Source of the DNA: an uncultured virus (IMG/VR IMGVR_UViG_3300032829_000001)
Taxonomy: Duplodnaviria; Heunggongvirae; Uroviricota; Caudoviricetes
Strand: one strand, 5' to 3'
DNA: 64,000 nucleotides
IMG/VR virus record: IMGVR_UViG_3300032829_000001
In this document: in pieces, positions 1 to 9,667 of the stretch
Numbering within the stretch: the first letter of the stretch is position 1
Layout of the letters: every line of letters starts with the position of its first letter
Program-made: the position numbers and the translations under genes
The notes under the pieces: generated by a model
What the model was told of the DNA's origin: nothing
Databases searched by the model: none
The model's input: only the letters and a program-made list of their open reading frames with translations

Positions 1-71
1 GGTGTGAAGTACCTCGTGCCGCTGTGGCCATCAACTTGACCGTTCCGGCGCCCAGTGCGACCATCGTCTCC

Positions 72-476
72 ATGAAGCTCTCTCGCCGCGCCGGACCCAT
101 CTCGCTCCTCGTGCTCGTCGCCGCCATGTTCGCCGGCTGCCCGGCCACGTGCCAGTCGCCGGGCCCCGGAACACCCGACGGCGGCCCGAGCCCCGGTACG
201 GTCTTCAAGAACTGCTCCACGCAGGCGATCGAGCAGGCGGCGCAGAGCATCCTCGGGGCCGTCACGCAGGCGCTCGCCACCGGCAACTACATCGGCGCGC
301 TCGCCACTCTCGTGACCCAGTACGGCGCCGCCGAGGTCGCCTGCGCGGTGGAGCTGGCCGTGAACGAGCTGCAGAAGCGCGTCGAGGCCACACCGAGCAC
401 GCAGGAGGTCGACCCCGTGCTGCTGACGCAGATCGCGAACGGGAAGAGCTGGCTGGCCACCAACGGGGCGAAGTGA
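72..476 (+). CDS. Lipoprotein-like hypothetical protein
   Basis: Basic N-terminus, hydrophobic stretch, then FAGC lipobox-like motif; helical C-terminus. Confidence 0.6.
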   Translation: MKLSRRAGPISLLVLVAAMFAGCPATCQSPGPGTPDGGPSPGTVFKNCSTQAIEQAAQSILGAVTQALATGNYIGALATLVTQYGAAEVACAVELAVNELQKRVEATPSTQEVDPVLLTQIANGKSWLATNGAK

Positions 477-631
477 GGCTCCTCGCGCTGTGGCTCGTGC
501 TGGGGGCCGCCGGCTGCTACGCCACGACCAGCACTCCGCCCGGCCCGAACTGCGTGCAGGACCCGAGCAACCCCGCATGCCCGGCGCCGCTGACCGACGC
601 CAAGAAGCCCGACGCGGGGCCTGCCCGATGA
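473..631 (+). CDS. Small Pro-rich lipoprotein
   Basis: GTG overlaps upstream TGA; (V)RLLALWLVLGAAGC lipobox followed by Pro-rich tail. Confidence 0.55.
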   Translation: MRLLALWLVLGAAGCYATTSTPPGPNCVQDPSNPACPAPLTDAKKPDAGPAR

Positions 632-840
632 TGTGCCGCTGCGGCCAGGAGGCCGGCACCACACACCTCTGCCCGGCGGCGTCCGGGCCGACGTGCTGGT
701 GCGGGCAGCCGCTCTGGCAGACGCACGTGCACTACGGGCCGAAGCCGAGCACGACGTGGCCGACGCCGTACCAGTTCCCGACCACCGTGCCGACGAGCGT
801 GCCATTCGTCGTGCCCACCCCATTCGGAGGACCCCGGTGA
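628..840 (+). CDS. Small Cys/Pro/Thr-rich hypothetical protein
   Basis: ATGA overlap; MMCRCG...CWCG; coupled to the next gene. Confidence 0.45.
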   Translation: MMCRCGQEAGTTHLCPAASGPTCWCGQPLWQTHVHYGPKPSTTWPTPYQFPTTVPTSVPFVVPTPFGGPR

Positions 841-1553
841 TGCCCCAGATCGCGATCGTGTGTACCTCGAAGTCCGTCGACAAGGGCCACCTCGCGCTCA
901 TGACCGACGCCTGGGATAAGCAGGCGCAGGAGTTCTGCAAGGTGCACGGGCTCGAATACCGGCCGGTCGTGCTCTACGACACGCCCGACGACCTGCCGAC
1001 CGACACCGGCGAGTTCTGGCTACTGGTCATCGAGGACGACATCGAGGCGCCGGGCGCCCTGGGATTCCACGACGATCAGCTCGGCGTCATCTTCGCCAGG
1101 TGCCTCCCCGAGAACGACTGCGAGTCCGTCTCGCACGAGATCCTGGAGATGCTGCTCGACCCCACGTGCGAGCAGTACCGCGACTTTGGCGACGGCACTG
1201 GCCGGCAGCTCGCGCTCGAAGCGTGCGACCCGGTCGAGGAGGATCACTACATGCAGCAGGCGCAGATCGGCGACCAGCCGCCGCAGGACGTGCCCGTGAG
1301 CAATTATGTCCTGCCTTCGTACTTCGACCCGAAGGGGACTGCGCCGTTCGACCGCATGGGCAAGCTCACCGCGCCGTTCTCGATGTCGCCGGGTGGGTAT
1401 GAGATCGTCCGCGAGCCCGACGGCTCGACGAACGACGTGTTCGCCAAGGCGCACGTCGTCGCGCACGAGGTGCAGACCGAGCACTCGATGGCGCGCCGGC
1501 AGCGCAAGGAGAACACGCCCCACTCGCGCCTGGCGCGCCGCCTGGCGGCCTAG
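840..1553 (+). CDS. Putative zincin-like metalloprotease
   Basis: GALGFH, SHEILE (HExxE), EACDPVE and VSNYVLPSYF motifs. Confidence 0.5.
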   Translation: MPQIAIVCTSKSVDKGHLALMTDAWDKQAQEFCKVHGLEYRPVVLYDTPDDLPTDTGEFWLLVIEDDIEAPGALGFHDDQLGVIFARCLPENDCESVSHEILEMLLDPTCEQYRDFGDGTGRQLALEACDPVEEDHYMQQAQIGDQPPQDVPVSNYVLPSYFDPKGTAPFDRMGKLTAPFSMSPGGYEIVREPDGSTNDVFAKAHVVAHEVQTEHSMARRQRKENTPHSRLARRLAA

Positions 1554-1927
1554 CGAACGCGCCCAAAGCGGACGATCCGGTTCCAGAGGGGGATACCGTG
1601 GAGGAATGCGCGATCCCCACAGATCGGACACACGTGTGGCTGTGTCGGCAGCACGTACGCGTTGCAGGTAGCACAGCGGCAGACCTCGACGGCGGTATCC
1701 TTTGTACGGATCGCCGTGCGCAGCAGCTCCACGTTCACGTGGCACGTCGCCACGTTCGATAGCAGCTCGAACGCCTTGGCCGTCTTCAAGTCGCAGCGCC
1801 CGTCGAACGTGACGTAGTTGTCGTGGCGGAGGCGCAGGCTGATCTCGTGCCGGCCAGTCTCGTGGAGCCCGCAGGCCACGACGATGCGATGGACCTCGCT
1901 CGCGCCGGGGCGGAGCTGATGGCTCAC
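1550..1927 (-). CDS. Hypothetical protein with C-terminal zinc ribbon
   Basis: CATC...CPICG; overlaps upstream HNH stop. Confidence 0.5.
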   Translation of the reverse strand: MSHQLRPGASEVHRIVVACGLHETGRHEISLRLRHDNYVTFDGRCDLKTAKAFELLSNVATCHVNVELLRTAIRTKDTAVEVCRCATCNAYVLPTQPHVCPICGDRAFLHGIPLWNRIVRFGRVR

Positions 1928-2415
1928 CTCAGCCACTTCCAATTGTGCCGCCCGCTGATAGCCGCACGAATCGTGACCGGTCTTACCTGATACTTCTTCG
2001 CGAACGCGGCAATCAGTCGTGCGCCTGTGTTCGGTTGTCGCGCCTTGAAGGACTTGCGCATGCGAAGAACGGCTACTGCAGTCAACTTGGTGATCGGCTT
2101 CGCCTCACCTCTAGGCTCTCGTCCCTTTCTTCCTGTATCGAGGCGGTTTTCACGCTGCGACGCCCACTTCAAGTGTTTGTAGTTGCAGCACGGTGGGTTA
2201 TCGCACTTCCAATGCATGGCGACAGGGCCCGTCCGTCCAGTCTTTATTCGAAGCGCCACTCGATGCGCGCGTAGGTGTTTCTGTTGTCGGAACTTGCCAA
2301 CGGCAAACTTTCCGTATCCGTCCTTGTCTACGCCTGCTTTCCACGGCCAGCACGCATTTGGTCCTCCCGAGCGATCGACCTTCGACCAGAACCGCTCTAC
2401 GTCTGCGCGCTTCAT
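1924..2415 (-). CDS. HNH homing endonuclease (phage type)
   Basis: RFWSKVD...CWPW...GYG...AHRV...HWKCDNPPCCNYKHL...N. Confidence 0.85.
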   Translation of the reverse strand: MKRADVERFWSKVDRSGGPNACWPWKAGVDKDGYGKFAVGKFRQQKHLRAHRVALRIKTGRTGPVAMHWKCDNPPCCNYKHLKWASQRENRLDTGRKGREPRGEAKPITKLTAVAVLRMRKSFKARQPNTGARLIAAFAKKYQVRPVTIRAAISGRHNWKWLR

Positions 2416-3227
2416 CGCATCAAAAGTTCTCTTACTGGCTGCCGCCCGTCCGCTTTCGAGCTGATCGTACCTCCCCGCAGGATCTCTTTGATCTCGAATT
2501 CACCGTCACCGTACAGCTCTCGAATTAGAGGCGTGTCTGAATTGGAGAGCACTACGCATACACCCTTTCGTTTCAGCCTCCGCGCAAGTGCACACAGGTC
2601 GCGCTGATCCTTCTCCGTGAAGCCGTCACGGGTGTAGCTGGTAAACGATGCGGTGTCGCTCGTAGGCGCGTACGGCGCGTCCATATAACAGGCGTCGCCC
2701 GGCCGCGCGCGCTCCTCCACCGTGCGGAAGTCACAGTTGATGATCGTCGCCGGGGCGAGAGCGTTCGAGCAGTCCCGCAGCGTCTGCTCGTCGCAGATCG
2801 TCGGGGGTGACGAGAACGTGCCCGCTGGGACGTTGTACTTGCCGTCGCCGTTCACCCTGAACAAGCCGTTAAAATTGGTCTTGTTGAGGAAGATGAACGC
2901 CGCGGCCAGCTCGGGGCTCTCCATGTCCTCGGACAGGGACAGGTGCGCCCGCACGTGGTTGTAGAACGGCGCGCCATGCTGAGCGTAGGCGGCCGCGTAG
3001 ATCTTGAGCGAGGCGATGACGGCATCGACGTCGCTGCGCACAGCGCTGAAGGTGCGCGTGAGCATCGTGTTCGTGTCGGTCAGGTAGGCGAAGAACGGGC
3101 GCCGGGCGAAGAAGATCGCGCCCGAGCCGAGGAACGGTTCGTGGTAGCGCCCCCCGTAGGGCAGCCACGCCGAGATCTCGTCGGCGAGCTTCCTCTTGCC
3201 GCCGGGCCATCTAAGAAATGGGTTCAC
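2412..3227 (-). CDS. dam: DNA adenine methyltransferase, Dam/D12 class
   Basis: PFLRWPGGKR, EPFLGSGA, NFNGLFRVN, YMDAPY (DPPY-like), LSNS motifs. Confidence 0.9.
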   Translation of the reverse strand: MNPFLRWPGGKRKLADEISAWLPYGGRYHEPFLGSGAIFFARRPFFAYLTDTNTMLTRTFSAVRSDVDAVIASLKIYAAAYAQHGAPFYNHVRAHLSLSEDMESPELAAAFIFLNKTNFNGLFRVNGDGKYNVPAGTFSSPPTICDEQTLRDCSNALAPATIINCDFRTVEERARPGDACYMDAPYAPTSDTASFTSYTRDGFTEKDQRDLCALARRLKRKGVCVVLSNSDTPLIRELYGDGEFEIKEILRGGTISSKADGRQPVRELLMR

Positions 3228-3874
3228 GTACGTGCGCCTCGCTCACCGCGACGAGGGAAGTTAAGACATGCGAACGAGCCGAAGTGATAGCGTGCTGCTC
3301 GATCATAGGCACGAGCTGCGGCCTCGGGAGATCGAAAACAACCAAGGTGTTTTTTCTTGTAGCTGACACAAATATGGGCTTTCCACGCATATGGTCGGCG
3401 TTTTCTATCGACTACAACAGCTACCCCTTTAAATTGTGTAGTGCTGTTGCGGCGAACAGGCTGGTTCCATGCATTAGTTTGGCGAGTAGCCTTGCGGAGA
3501 TTTCGGCGACGATTATCTAACCCGTCACCATTCCAGTGATCCACTTCTCCCCGACGAAGTGGAAGGATCAAACAGTGCATCGAAACACGCGGTGCGTGGC
3601 GCCCGTAGCCTGCACACGCCTGTGCGTAGTGATACGTCTTTCCGTTTGGTCTGCGACCTATATAGTGAGTCCAGCGGTATCCCTTGACGCGCGAAAGATC
3701 CTTCGCGTCGACAACAGCATAGCCACCTAGTTGTCCACCGAGTGGCACTCGAACTGTGGCCTGGCGTGGGCAGGTCAGCAGCGTTCTATTCCGATCGCGG
3801 ACTGACGAAAGCACGCTTGACACGACGGACACGTGAAGTCTTTTGCTAGTATCTGTCCGCATACGCAGCTCCAT
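3224..3874 (-). CDS. HNH endonuclease with C-terminal AP2 domain (start uncertain)
   Basis: VDHWNGDGLDNRRRNLR; FKGV...WKAHI...HLGCF...AARAYDRAA...FACLNFP. Confidence 0.88.
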   Translation of the reverse strand: MELRMRTDTSKRLHVSVVSSVLSSVRDRNRTLLTCPRQATVRVPLGGQLGGYAVVDAKDLSRVKGYRWTHYIGRRPNGKTYHYAQACAGYGRHAPRVSMHCLILPLRRGEVDHWNGDGLDNRRRNLRKATRQTNAWNQPVRRNSTTQFKGVAVVVDRKRRPYAWKAHICVSYKKKHLGCFRSPEAAARAYDRAARYHFGSFACLNFPRRGERGART

Positions 3875-4359
3875 CCAAAGAACCGGGCCGGATTACCAAC
3901 AACGCACGCGTGGGGTTGAATGTCTTCTGTGACAACAGACCCAGCGCCTACGAGTGAGAATTTTCCGATCGACAGTCCGCACAAAATCGTTGCGTTAGCG
4001 CCAATAGAAGCACCAAATCCGACGTGTGTCGGCGAGAACATTACTCGTTCCGATCGCTGAGCGCGAGGAATGCGCGTATTCACGAACACGACATGCGGGC
4101 CGATGAACACGTTCTCTTCGAGCGTCACGCCCTCGAAGAGCTGCGCGCCGTTCTGGATGCGGCAGCCGTCGCCGATCTTCACGTCGGGACCGATGTGCAC
4201 ACCCTCGCCAATCATGCAGTTCTTGCCGATGACTGCGCCGTGAGAGATGTGCGCGAGCGCCCAGATCGTTGTGCCGTCGCCGATACCGACTGGGTCGAAA
4301 TCTGGCGGCAGGATGACAGTCGGGTGGACGCGCCGGCCTATCCACGCCGCGCCTTTCAT
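3775..4359 (-). CDS. Hexapeptide-repeat N-acetyltransferase, WbpD-like
   Basis: IGDGTTIW, IGKNCMIG, IQNG, GASIGANATILCG, VGAGSVVT, VVGNPAR and GWSCVCG tail typical of WbpD/WlbB. Confidence 0.85.
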   Translation of the reverse strand: MKGAAWIGRRVHPTVILPPDFDPVGIGDGTTIWALAHISHGAVIGKNCMIGEGVHIGPDVKIGDGCRIQNGAQLFEGVTLEENVFIGPHVVFVNTRIPRAQRSERVMFSPTHVGFGASIGANATILCGLSIGKFSLVGAGSVVTEDIQPHACVVGNPARFFGWSCVCGQILAKDFTCPSCQACFRQSAIGIERC

Positions 4360-5489
4360 CCCCGCACCGCCTCTTCAAACGCCCGCGAGCACTCGTTGAC
4401 CTGCTCGTCTGTCATCCCGTACCACAGCGGCAGATTGATGACCCGCTCGCAGAAGCGGCGGCCGTGCGCGAGCGAGCCCGTGCTGATCGAGATGCCTGCG
4501 GCGCCGGGCTGGTCCGCGATCGACTTCGGGTAGACGTGGCGCGCCTCGATGCCTTTCTGCTGCAGCTTGCCCGCGACGGTCTTGGGGTAGTCGACCTGGT
4601 GCACGTGGAGGTAGCCGTTGCCGAACGGAAAGTAGCGGCCGCTCGATTGTGCCAGTGCGTGCTGCACGTCCTTGCGTCCTTCGATCACCCTGTCGCTCAC
4701 CTCCAGCGCGCGGAGCAGCCACGCAGCCTGGATCGCGTCCATGCGCGAGTTCCAGCCCACGGCGGCGTGCTCGTAGTGCCCGGACCGGCCGTGGTTCGCG
4801 AGCGCTCGCACGCGCTTGGCGACGCGCTCGCTCCGGGTGAGTACCGCGCCGCCGTCGCCGATCCCGCCGATTACCTTGGCCGGATGGAAGCTGAGTGTCG
4901 CCACGTCGGCATCGGCGAACACGCTCTGGCCGTCGTACTTCACGCCGAACGCCTGGGCGCCGTCCTCGATCAGCGTGATGCGCTTGTCTCGGCAGACGCC
5001 CCGAAACTCGGCGAGCTTGCTGGAGCACCAGCCGAAGAGATGCACGAGGATGACGGCGTCGAACCGGCGACTGTGGTGCGCGCGCAAGAACTCGCCGATG
5101 TCCATCTGGAGGTCGACCGGGTCGATGTCGAGGAGCACCGGCGTCGCACCGACGTTCGCGACTGCCTCGAACGTGGCCCAGAAGGTGACGTTGGGGATCG
5201 CGACGCGGTGGCCCCGCTCGATGCCGCAGGCACGAAGCGCGAGCTGGAGCGCGTCCGTGCCGTTCGCGCAGGCGACCGCGTACTTGGCATCGAGCTTCTG
5301 AGCGAGGGCGGCCTCGAAGCGCTGAGTGGTGGGGCCGCCGCCGATGAACTCGTGATTGGGCCACACGACGTTGTTCAGATGCTCTTCGAAGTCGCCCTGG
5401 ATCGCTGTCGCGTCCCCGTCGGCGCGGTGGCCCATCACCAGCTCGACGTACGGCTGCAGATCGATGAATGGGATCAGCTTCTCGGACAT
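4356..5489 (-). CDS. DegT/DnrJ/EryC1/StrS aminotransferase, WbpE-like
   Basis: ANGTDAL, VHLFG, IEDGAQAFG, SFHPAK (PLP Lys), GDGGAV, GWNSRMD. Confidence 0.9.
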   Translation of the reverse strand: MSEKLIPFIDLQPYVELVMGHRADGDATAIQGDFEEHLNNVVWPNHEFIGGGPTTQRFEAALAQKLDAKYAVACANGTDALQLALRACGIERGHRVAIPNVTFWATFEAVANVGATPVLLDIDPVDLQMDIGEFLRAHHSRRFDAVILVHLFGWCSSKLAEFRGVCRDKRITLIEDGAQAFGVKYDGQSVFADADVATLSFHPAKVIGGIGDGGAVLTRSERVAKRVRALANHGRSGHYEHAAVGWNSRMDAIQAAWLLRALEVSDRVIEGRKDVQHALAQSSGRYFPFGNGYLHVHQVDYPKTVAGKLQQKGIEARHVYPKSIADQPGAAGISISTGSLAHGRRFCERVINLPLWYGMTDEQVNECSRAFEEAVRG

Positions 5490-5543
5490 GCCAGGACCGT
5501 AGCAGCTTGCCAGGAGCCTAGCAAGGCGCTATTGTCCTAGAAA

Positions 5544-6014
5544 ATGGTTCGCTTGCGTCCCCTCATCGTCGTCACCGGCACGATCCGCATCAAAGGCGGG
5601 GAGAGCGGACGTGTGCGACAGCGTCCCGGCTCGTCGCAGCGCACACGCGATGGCGACAGGCTCGTGGTCGTGCGAGAGATCAAGATCACCGACGACCGCC
5701 GAGACGGCGACGTCGTGGCGACCGGCTACGCGCGCCGGCTCACCCGCATGTGCCTGCTGCGCACGCCGTTCGGGGCGCTCTGCGATCCGAAAGACCTCCC
5801 CCGGATCAAGGAGATGTTCACCCGCGCGATCCAGGACGTCGCGGAGTTCAACGAGAAGCACAAGCACACGGTCCTGTCGAACTGCTACGTGTGGGAGGAG
5901 CTGGCGGGCAACCGCCTCAATTCTGTGCGCGGGTGGATCGACCGGCAGGTGCTGGAGAAGGACCCCGAGGTGCTGGCCGCCCTGCCCCAGCTCGCGTTCG
6001 CCGTGGCCGCCTGA
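5544..6014 (+). CDS. Hypothetical protein
   Basis: Plausible globular ORF, divergent from the aminotransferase, followed by a terminator. Confidence 0.55.
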   Translation: MVRLRPLIVVTGTIRIKGGESGRVRQRPGSSQRTRDGDRLVVVREIKITDDRRDGDVVATGYARRLTRMCLLRTPFGALCDPKDLPRIKEMFTRAIQDVAEFNEKHKHTVLSNCYVWEELAGNRLNSVRGWIDRQVLEKDPEVLAALPQLAFAVAA

Positions 6015-6089
6015 AAGTTGCACCGGCGACGGAACCGCAGTAGGCTTAAGCCTTCTCCGGGTTGCGAATCAGGTGCTCCTCCGGTCCCA

Positions 6090-6128
6090 GCCCCTCTCGG
6101 TCTCGTCCGCCGGGAGGGGCACTTTTTT
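6090..6128 (+). terminator. Intrinsic terminator
   Basis: GCCCCTCTCGG...CCGGGAGGGGC hairpin followed by a T6 run. Confidence 0.75.
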
Positions 6129-6465
6129 ATCGGGGCGGCGGCTTTATGCGGTGAGCCCGTGAGCCGGCCGCGGTCACTTCGTCTCGAACCATGTCGGCGA
6201 CGTCGCGGTGCATCTCCACCTTCATGTGCCGCACGCTGGTGTCGAGGTCGCGCAGGGCCTGACCGACCGCGTGGATCGATTCGAGGAACTTCATCTCCAT
6301 CTCGTCCCGCCGCGCCATCATCGCCTCGTTCTGCTTGAGCGTGTGGTTCATGAGCTGCCGGAAGACCATGACCACGATCAGCAGGAGGCCCGCCGCTACG
6401 ACGCCGACCGCGCCGTACTGGGCGAGCCGGCCGAAATCAGCAACCGGTGTGCCGGTCGGGTCCAT
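6127..6465 (-). CDS. Single-TM coiled-coil protein, possible holin
   Basis: LAQYGAVGVVAAGLLLIVVMVF TM plus helical tail; close to the CHAP-like gene. Confidence 0.45.
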   Translation of the reverse strand: MDPTGTPVADFGRLAQYGAVGVVAAGLLLIVVMVFRQLMNHTLKQNEAMMARRDEMEMKFLESIHAVGQALRDLDTSVRHMKVEMHRDVADMVRDEVTAAGSRAHRIKPPPR

Positions 6466-6752
6466 CCTGGCGAGTATCGCACACGTGCGTTACCCGGCCG
6501 AAGTCAAGGGTCGGTGCCTCTCGTACACGTCGAGTGGGATCTCACAGAAGAACATCAGCCTGAACTCGTAGCCGGGCTGGGCCGTTTCGCGCGCCCGCTG
6601 GATGTAGTCGAGGGGGTGCTCGGCCGACACGCCGTCGACCGGCTGCCAGGCATCCAGGTCTGGACGACGCCACATGAACGAGAGGAAGTAGGTCGGCGGC
6701 ACGGCCGGGCGATTTTACAGCGGCTCGCCCTCGGAGCGATAATCGCAATGCT

Positions 6753-7382
6753 GTGACGCTTCAAGAGGCAGCGCTCGCCGTCGCGATCACCAAGCTCGGC
6801 GTGCACGAGGTGGGGGGAAACAACTGCGGGCCCGAAGTCGAGGAGTTTCTCGCATCCGTCGGGCTCGGACCCGGCAACGCATGGTGCGCCGCTTTCCTTT
6901 ACTTCTGCTTCCGCCAGGCCGCTCGGCAGCTCGGCATCGTCAACCCGTGCCCCCGCACCGCCAAGGCCGTGCGGATGTTCGCGCTCGCCGAGGCGCCCTG
7001 GCGCGACTCCAATCCGTCTGTCGGGTCCATCTACGTGCTCGATCACGGGACGCCAGGCGACGTGCTCACGGAGTGGAAGAACGGACGCTACACCGACGAC
7101 GGCCACGCTGGGATCATCGCGTGCGTCAACGACACGGCGGCGCCAATCGACTACGCTATTCCGGGCGTCGCCGCGACACTGCTCGGCCTGCCGACGGGTA
7201 CGACGACCGTCTCGGTGCCGCCCGGCTGCATCGCAGAGATCAGCGGGAACACGAACCGCGCCGGCTCGCGCGAGGGCGACTCCGTGTGGCTCAAGGTCGG
7301 CCAGGCGCCGGAAGACATCCACGGCGGAGTGCTGCTCGGCTACGTGAACCTGGACCGCGCCGCCCAGCAGCTCGTGGCCTAG
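6753..7382 (+). CDS. CHAP/NlpC-like amidase (putative endolysin)
   Basis: GVHEVGGNNCGPEV, AWCAAF (catalytic Cys), GHAGI (His), ISGNTN. Confidence 0.75.
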   Translation: MTLQEAALAVAITKLGVHEVGGNNCGPEVEEFLASVGLGPGNAWCAAFLYFCFRQAARQLGIVNPCPRTAKAVRMFALAEAPWRDSNPSVGSIYVLDHGTPGDVLTEWKNGRYTDDGHAGIIACVNDTAAPIDYAIPGVAATLLGLPTGTTTVSVPPGCIAEISGNTNRAGSREGDSVWLKVGQAPEDIHGGVLLGYVNLDRAAQQLVA

Positions 7383-7747
7383 GACCGCTCCAGCTTTTGC
7401 TGCGCCAGTTCGGCCTTCGCCGTTTCGATTACGTTCGCGCGGAACGACCCCATGAGCTGCACGAAGATGCGGTTTCGCGAGTAGTTCGGCGCTCCGCCGC
7501 TCTCTAGTTGCTGGAGCGCCTTGTAGCAAGAACGGCAGATCGTGGCGAAGTCCTGCGCCGATTGTGTGACTTCGACATTGCCTGTGGGAACGCCAGGAAC
7601 AGACGTGGCCGGAGTGGTAGCCTGAACCTGGATGACCAGTCGACTCGCGGCGTGTGCAGCACACATGTCTTTGGTGCACAGCGCGCACTGGTAGTCGCCC
7701 AGCACCTTGCAGTCCTCGGTGTCGCAGACGGTCACCTCTTTCTTCAT
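7379..7747 (-). CDS. Cys-rich zinc-binding protein, paralogue of 60893 and 61231 genes
   Basis: VCD...C...CALCTKDMCAAH...ICRSC...LAQQKL. Confidence 0.55.
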   Translation of the reverse strand: MKKEVTVCDTEDCKVLGDYQCALCTKDMCAAHAASRLVIQVQATTPATSVPGVPTGNVEVTQSAQDFATICRSCYKALQQLESGGAPNYSRNRIFVQLMGSFRANVIETAKAELAQQKLERS

Positions 7748-8124
7748 TTCGTGGACTCCCGCACGAGGCGCGCGCGGTACGCAGCGACGACCCGCTTGCC
7801 ATAGGCGCTTCCGTTCGGGACGGCGGGGCCGTCGCCGACGAACACCGTACCGGTGTCCATGCGTACGGAGCATTCCCCTAGAGCCAGGGCAGCGTGCTCC
7901 GCTGATATACCGCTCTGTGAAACAATCACCCTGCTCGGCTTCCACCTCGGGTCGTCCGCCGCAGGCATCTCGATGCCGTCGATCGAATCTGCCCCTGTGC
8001 TTCTCGTCAGAAGCGCCGCGGCTCGGGCCGCCCGCCGGGACATCCAAGCCGCTCGATGAAGGCGGATGTAGTCGACGAGCAGAGCCCCGCCAACCACTAT
8101 GGGCCCGATCCACAGGTGCTTCAC
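7744..8124 (-). CDS. Membrane-anchored hypothetical protein, paralogue of 9668 gene
   Basis: N-terminal TM then DYIRL...RAARAAALLTRS. Confidence 0.5.
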   Translation of the reverse strand: MKHLWIGPIVVGGALLVDYIRLHRAAWMSRRAARAAALLTRSTGADSIDGIEMPAADDPRWKPSRVIVSQSGISAEHAALALGECSVRMDTGTVFVGDGPAVPNGSAYGKRVVAAYRARLVRESTK

Positions 8125-8306
8125 GACGGCTCCTTTTTCGTCGTTACCGCCGTGAAGTGCGTCCTCGGGTCGAGCGTTCGTAGGATGCCCGTCTCGGCGC
8201 GATCGGCGAATCGTCGTGACCCGAACGGCCCGAGCTGCCGCTCCACCTTGCGCGTCTCGGCGTTGTGGACGTTGACGTAGTGGTCGAACTTCTGCCGCTT
8301 GCGCAT
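8121..8306 (-). CDS. Small hypothetical protein
   Basis: Similar to the C-terminal part of 10650..11063 (HYV...T.KV.R.+GP...A.+.E.G+L). Confidence 0.5.
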   Translation of the reverse strand: MRKRQKFDHYVNVHNAETRKVERQLGPFGSRRFADRAETGILRTLDPRTHFTAVTTKKEPS

Positions 8307-9064
8307 TAGCCGCTGTCTCCTCCGCCCCCGCCGCCGCCCGAGGAGCCGCCGCCGAAGTCGAAGCCCCCCGAGGAGCCGCTAGACGATGAGCTGCCACTGC
8401 TGCCGCCCGAGGAGCCACTCCAGCCACCGCCCCCGCCGTAGTATCCCCCTCCACCGTACCCGCCATTGCTGCTCAGGACGGCGATGGCGCCGAAGATGAT
8501 GAACACGATGACGAGCACGACCAGAACGATGACCCAGTCGGGCACGTCGTCTTTCGCTGGGGGTTTCATCTTCGCGCGCTCGGCCCACGGCGTGGAACCG
8601 AGCTTGCTGATGACCGCGTCGACGCCGGCCACGACTGCCTCCGCACGCTTCTCTTGAAGGTTGAGTGGCTTCATCACGTCGGAGACGATGTGCGCGCACT
8701 GTACGTCGGTCAGCCAGCCCTGGATGCCGTAGCCGGTCTGGATCCACGCCTTCTTCTCGGGCGGAGGGACGACGAGCACGAGCACGCCGTTGTCCTGCCC
8801 CTTCTTGCCGATACCCCACTTCTTCCACACCGCGTCGGCGTAGTCGTGTGGCTCCTCGCCACCGAGTGTGGGCGCGATGAGCACGGCGATCTCGATGGAG
8901 GTCGCCTGCTCGTACGCGATGAGCTTGTTCGTGAGCGCGTCGCGCGTCGCCTGGGGAAGGAGCCCCGTCAGGTCGGTCACGAGCCCGGTAGCCGTCGGGA
9001 CGTCCGCGGCGCGCGCCGTCGATGCGAGCAGCAGGAGGCCGAGTGCAAACCCCAGCCGCTTCAC
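8306..9064 (-). CDS. TPM domain (YgcG family) membrane protein
   Basis: Signal peptide, VTDLTGLL, WGIGKKGQDNGVL, IQTGYG, TM, Gly/Ser tail FGGGSSGGGG. Confidence 0.88.
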   Translation of the reverse strand: MKRLGFALGLLLLASTARAADVPTATGLVTDLTGLLPQATRDALTNKLIAYEQATSIEIAVLIAPTLGGEEPHDYADAVWKKWGIGKKGQDNGVLVLVVPPPEKKAWIQTGYGIQGWLTDVQCAHIVSDVMKPLNLQEKRAEAVVAGVDAVISKLGSTPWAERAKMKPPAKDDVPDWVIVLVVLVIVFIIFGAIAVLSSNGGYGGGGYYGGGGGWSGSSGGSSGSSSSSGSSGGFDFGGGSSGGGGGGGDSG

Positions 9065-9654
9065 TTGCCACCGCCGAAGTCGACGACGGGGGCCCTGTCG
9101 GCGCCGGCCTGCGCGGCAAACATGAGTCGCGGCTTGTAGCCGTAGCTGCTTGCGACCAGGCTGCCCGGGAATGAGAGCACGTCGCGGTTGTACAGACCAA
9201 TGACCTCGTTCACCTTGTGCCGCTCGGTCTGGATGCGGTTCTCCGTGCCTTCGAGCTGGGTCATGAGGTCGCGATACGCTTCGGTTGCGTGCAGCGCCGG
9301 GTAGCTCTCCGCAACAGCCAGGAGCTTCGTCAGTGACGACTGCAGGGCCGTCTGCGCGCTCTCGAACGCGGCGAGCTTCGCCGGGTCTTTGAGGTCGTCC
9401 GCGGTGACGTGGATCTGCCCGGCCTTCGCGCGCGCCTCGGCGATCTCCACGAACGTGCCCTTCTCGAACTGCCCCGCCGCCTGGACGGTCTTGACGAGAT
9501 TGGGAATGAGATCGGCGCGGCGCTGGTAGGCGGCGTCGAGGTCACCGAGGCTCTGCTGCACGATCTGATCGGACGAGACGAGGTCGTTGCGCGTGCTGCA
9601 GACGAAGCCTCCGAAGACGACAGCGATGATTCCGAGCGTGATGAACGTTTTCAT
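9061..9654 (-). CDS. lemA: LemA family protein
   Basis: N-terminal TM, YQRRADLIPNLV, AVAESYPAL, QLEGTENRI, YN...FP. Confidence 0.9.
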   Translation of the reverse strand: MKTFITLGIIAVVFGGFVCSTRNDLVSSDQIVQQSLGDLDAAYQRRADLIPNLVKTVQAAGQFEKGTFVEIAEARAKAGQIHVTADDLKDPAKLAAFESAQTALQSSLTKLLAVAESYPALHATEAYRDLMTQLEGTENRIQTERHKVNEVIGLYNRDVLSFPGSLVASSYGYKPRLMFAAQAGADRAPVVDFGGGK

Positions 9655-9667
9655 GGGTCTCCTTGGG

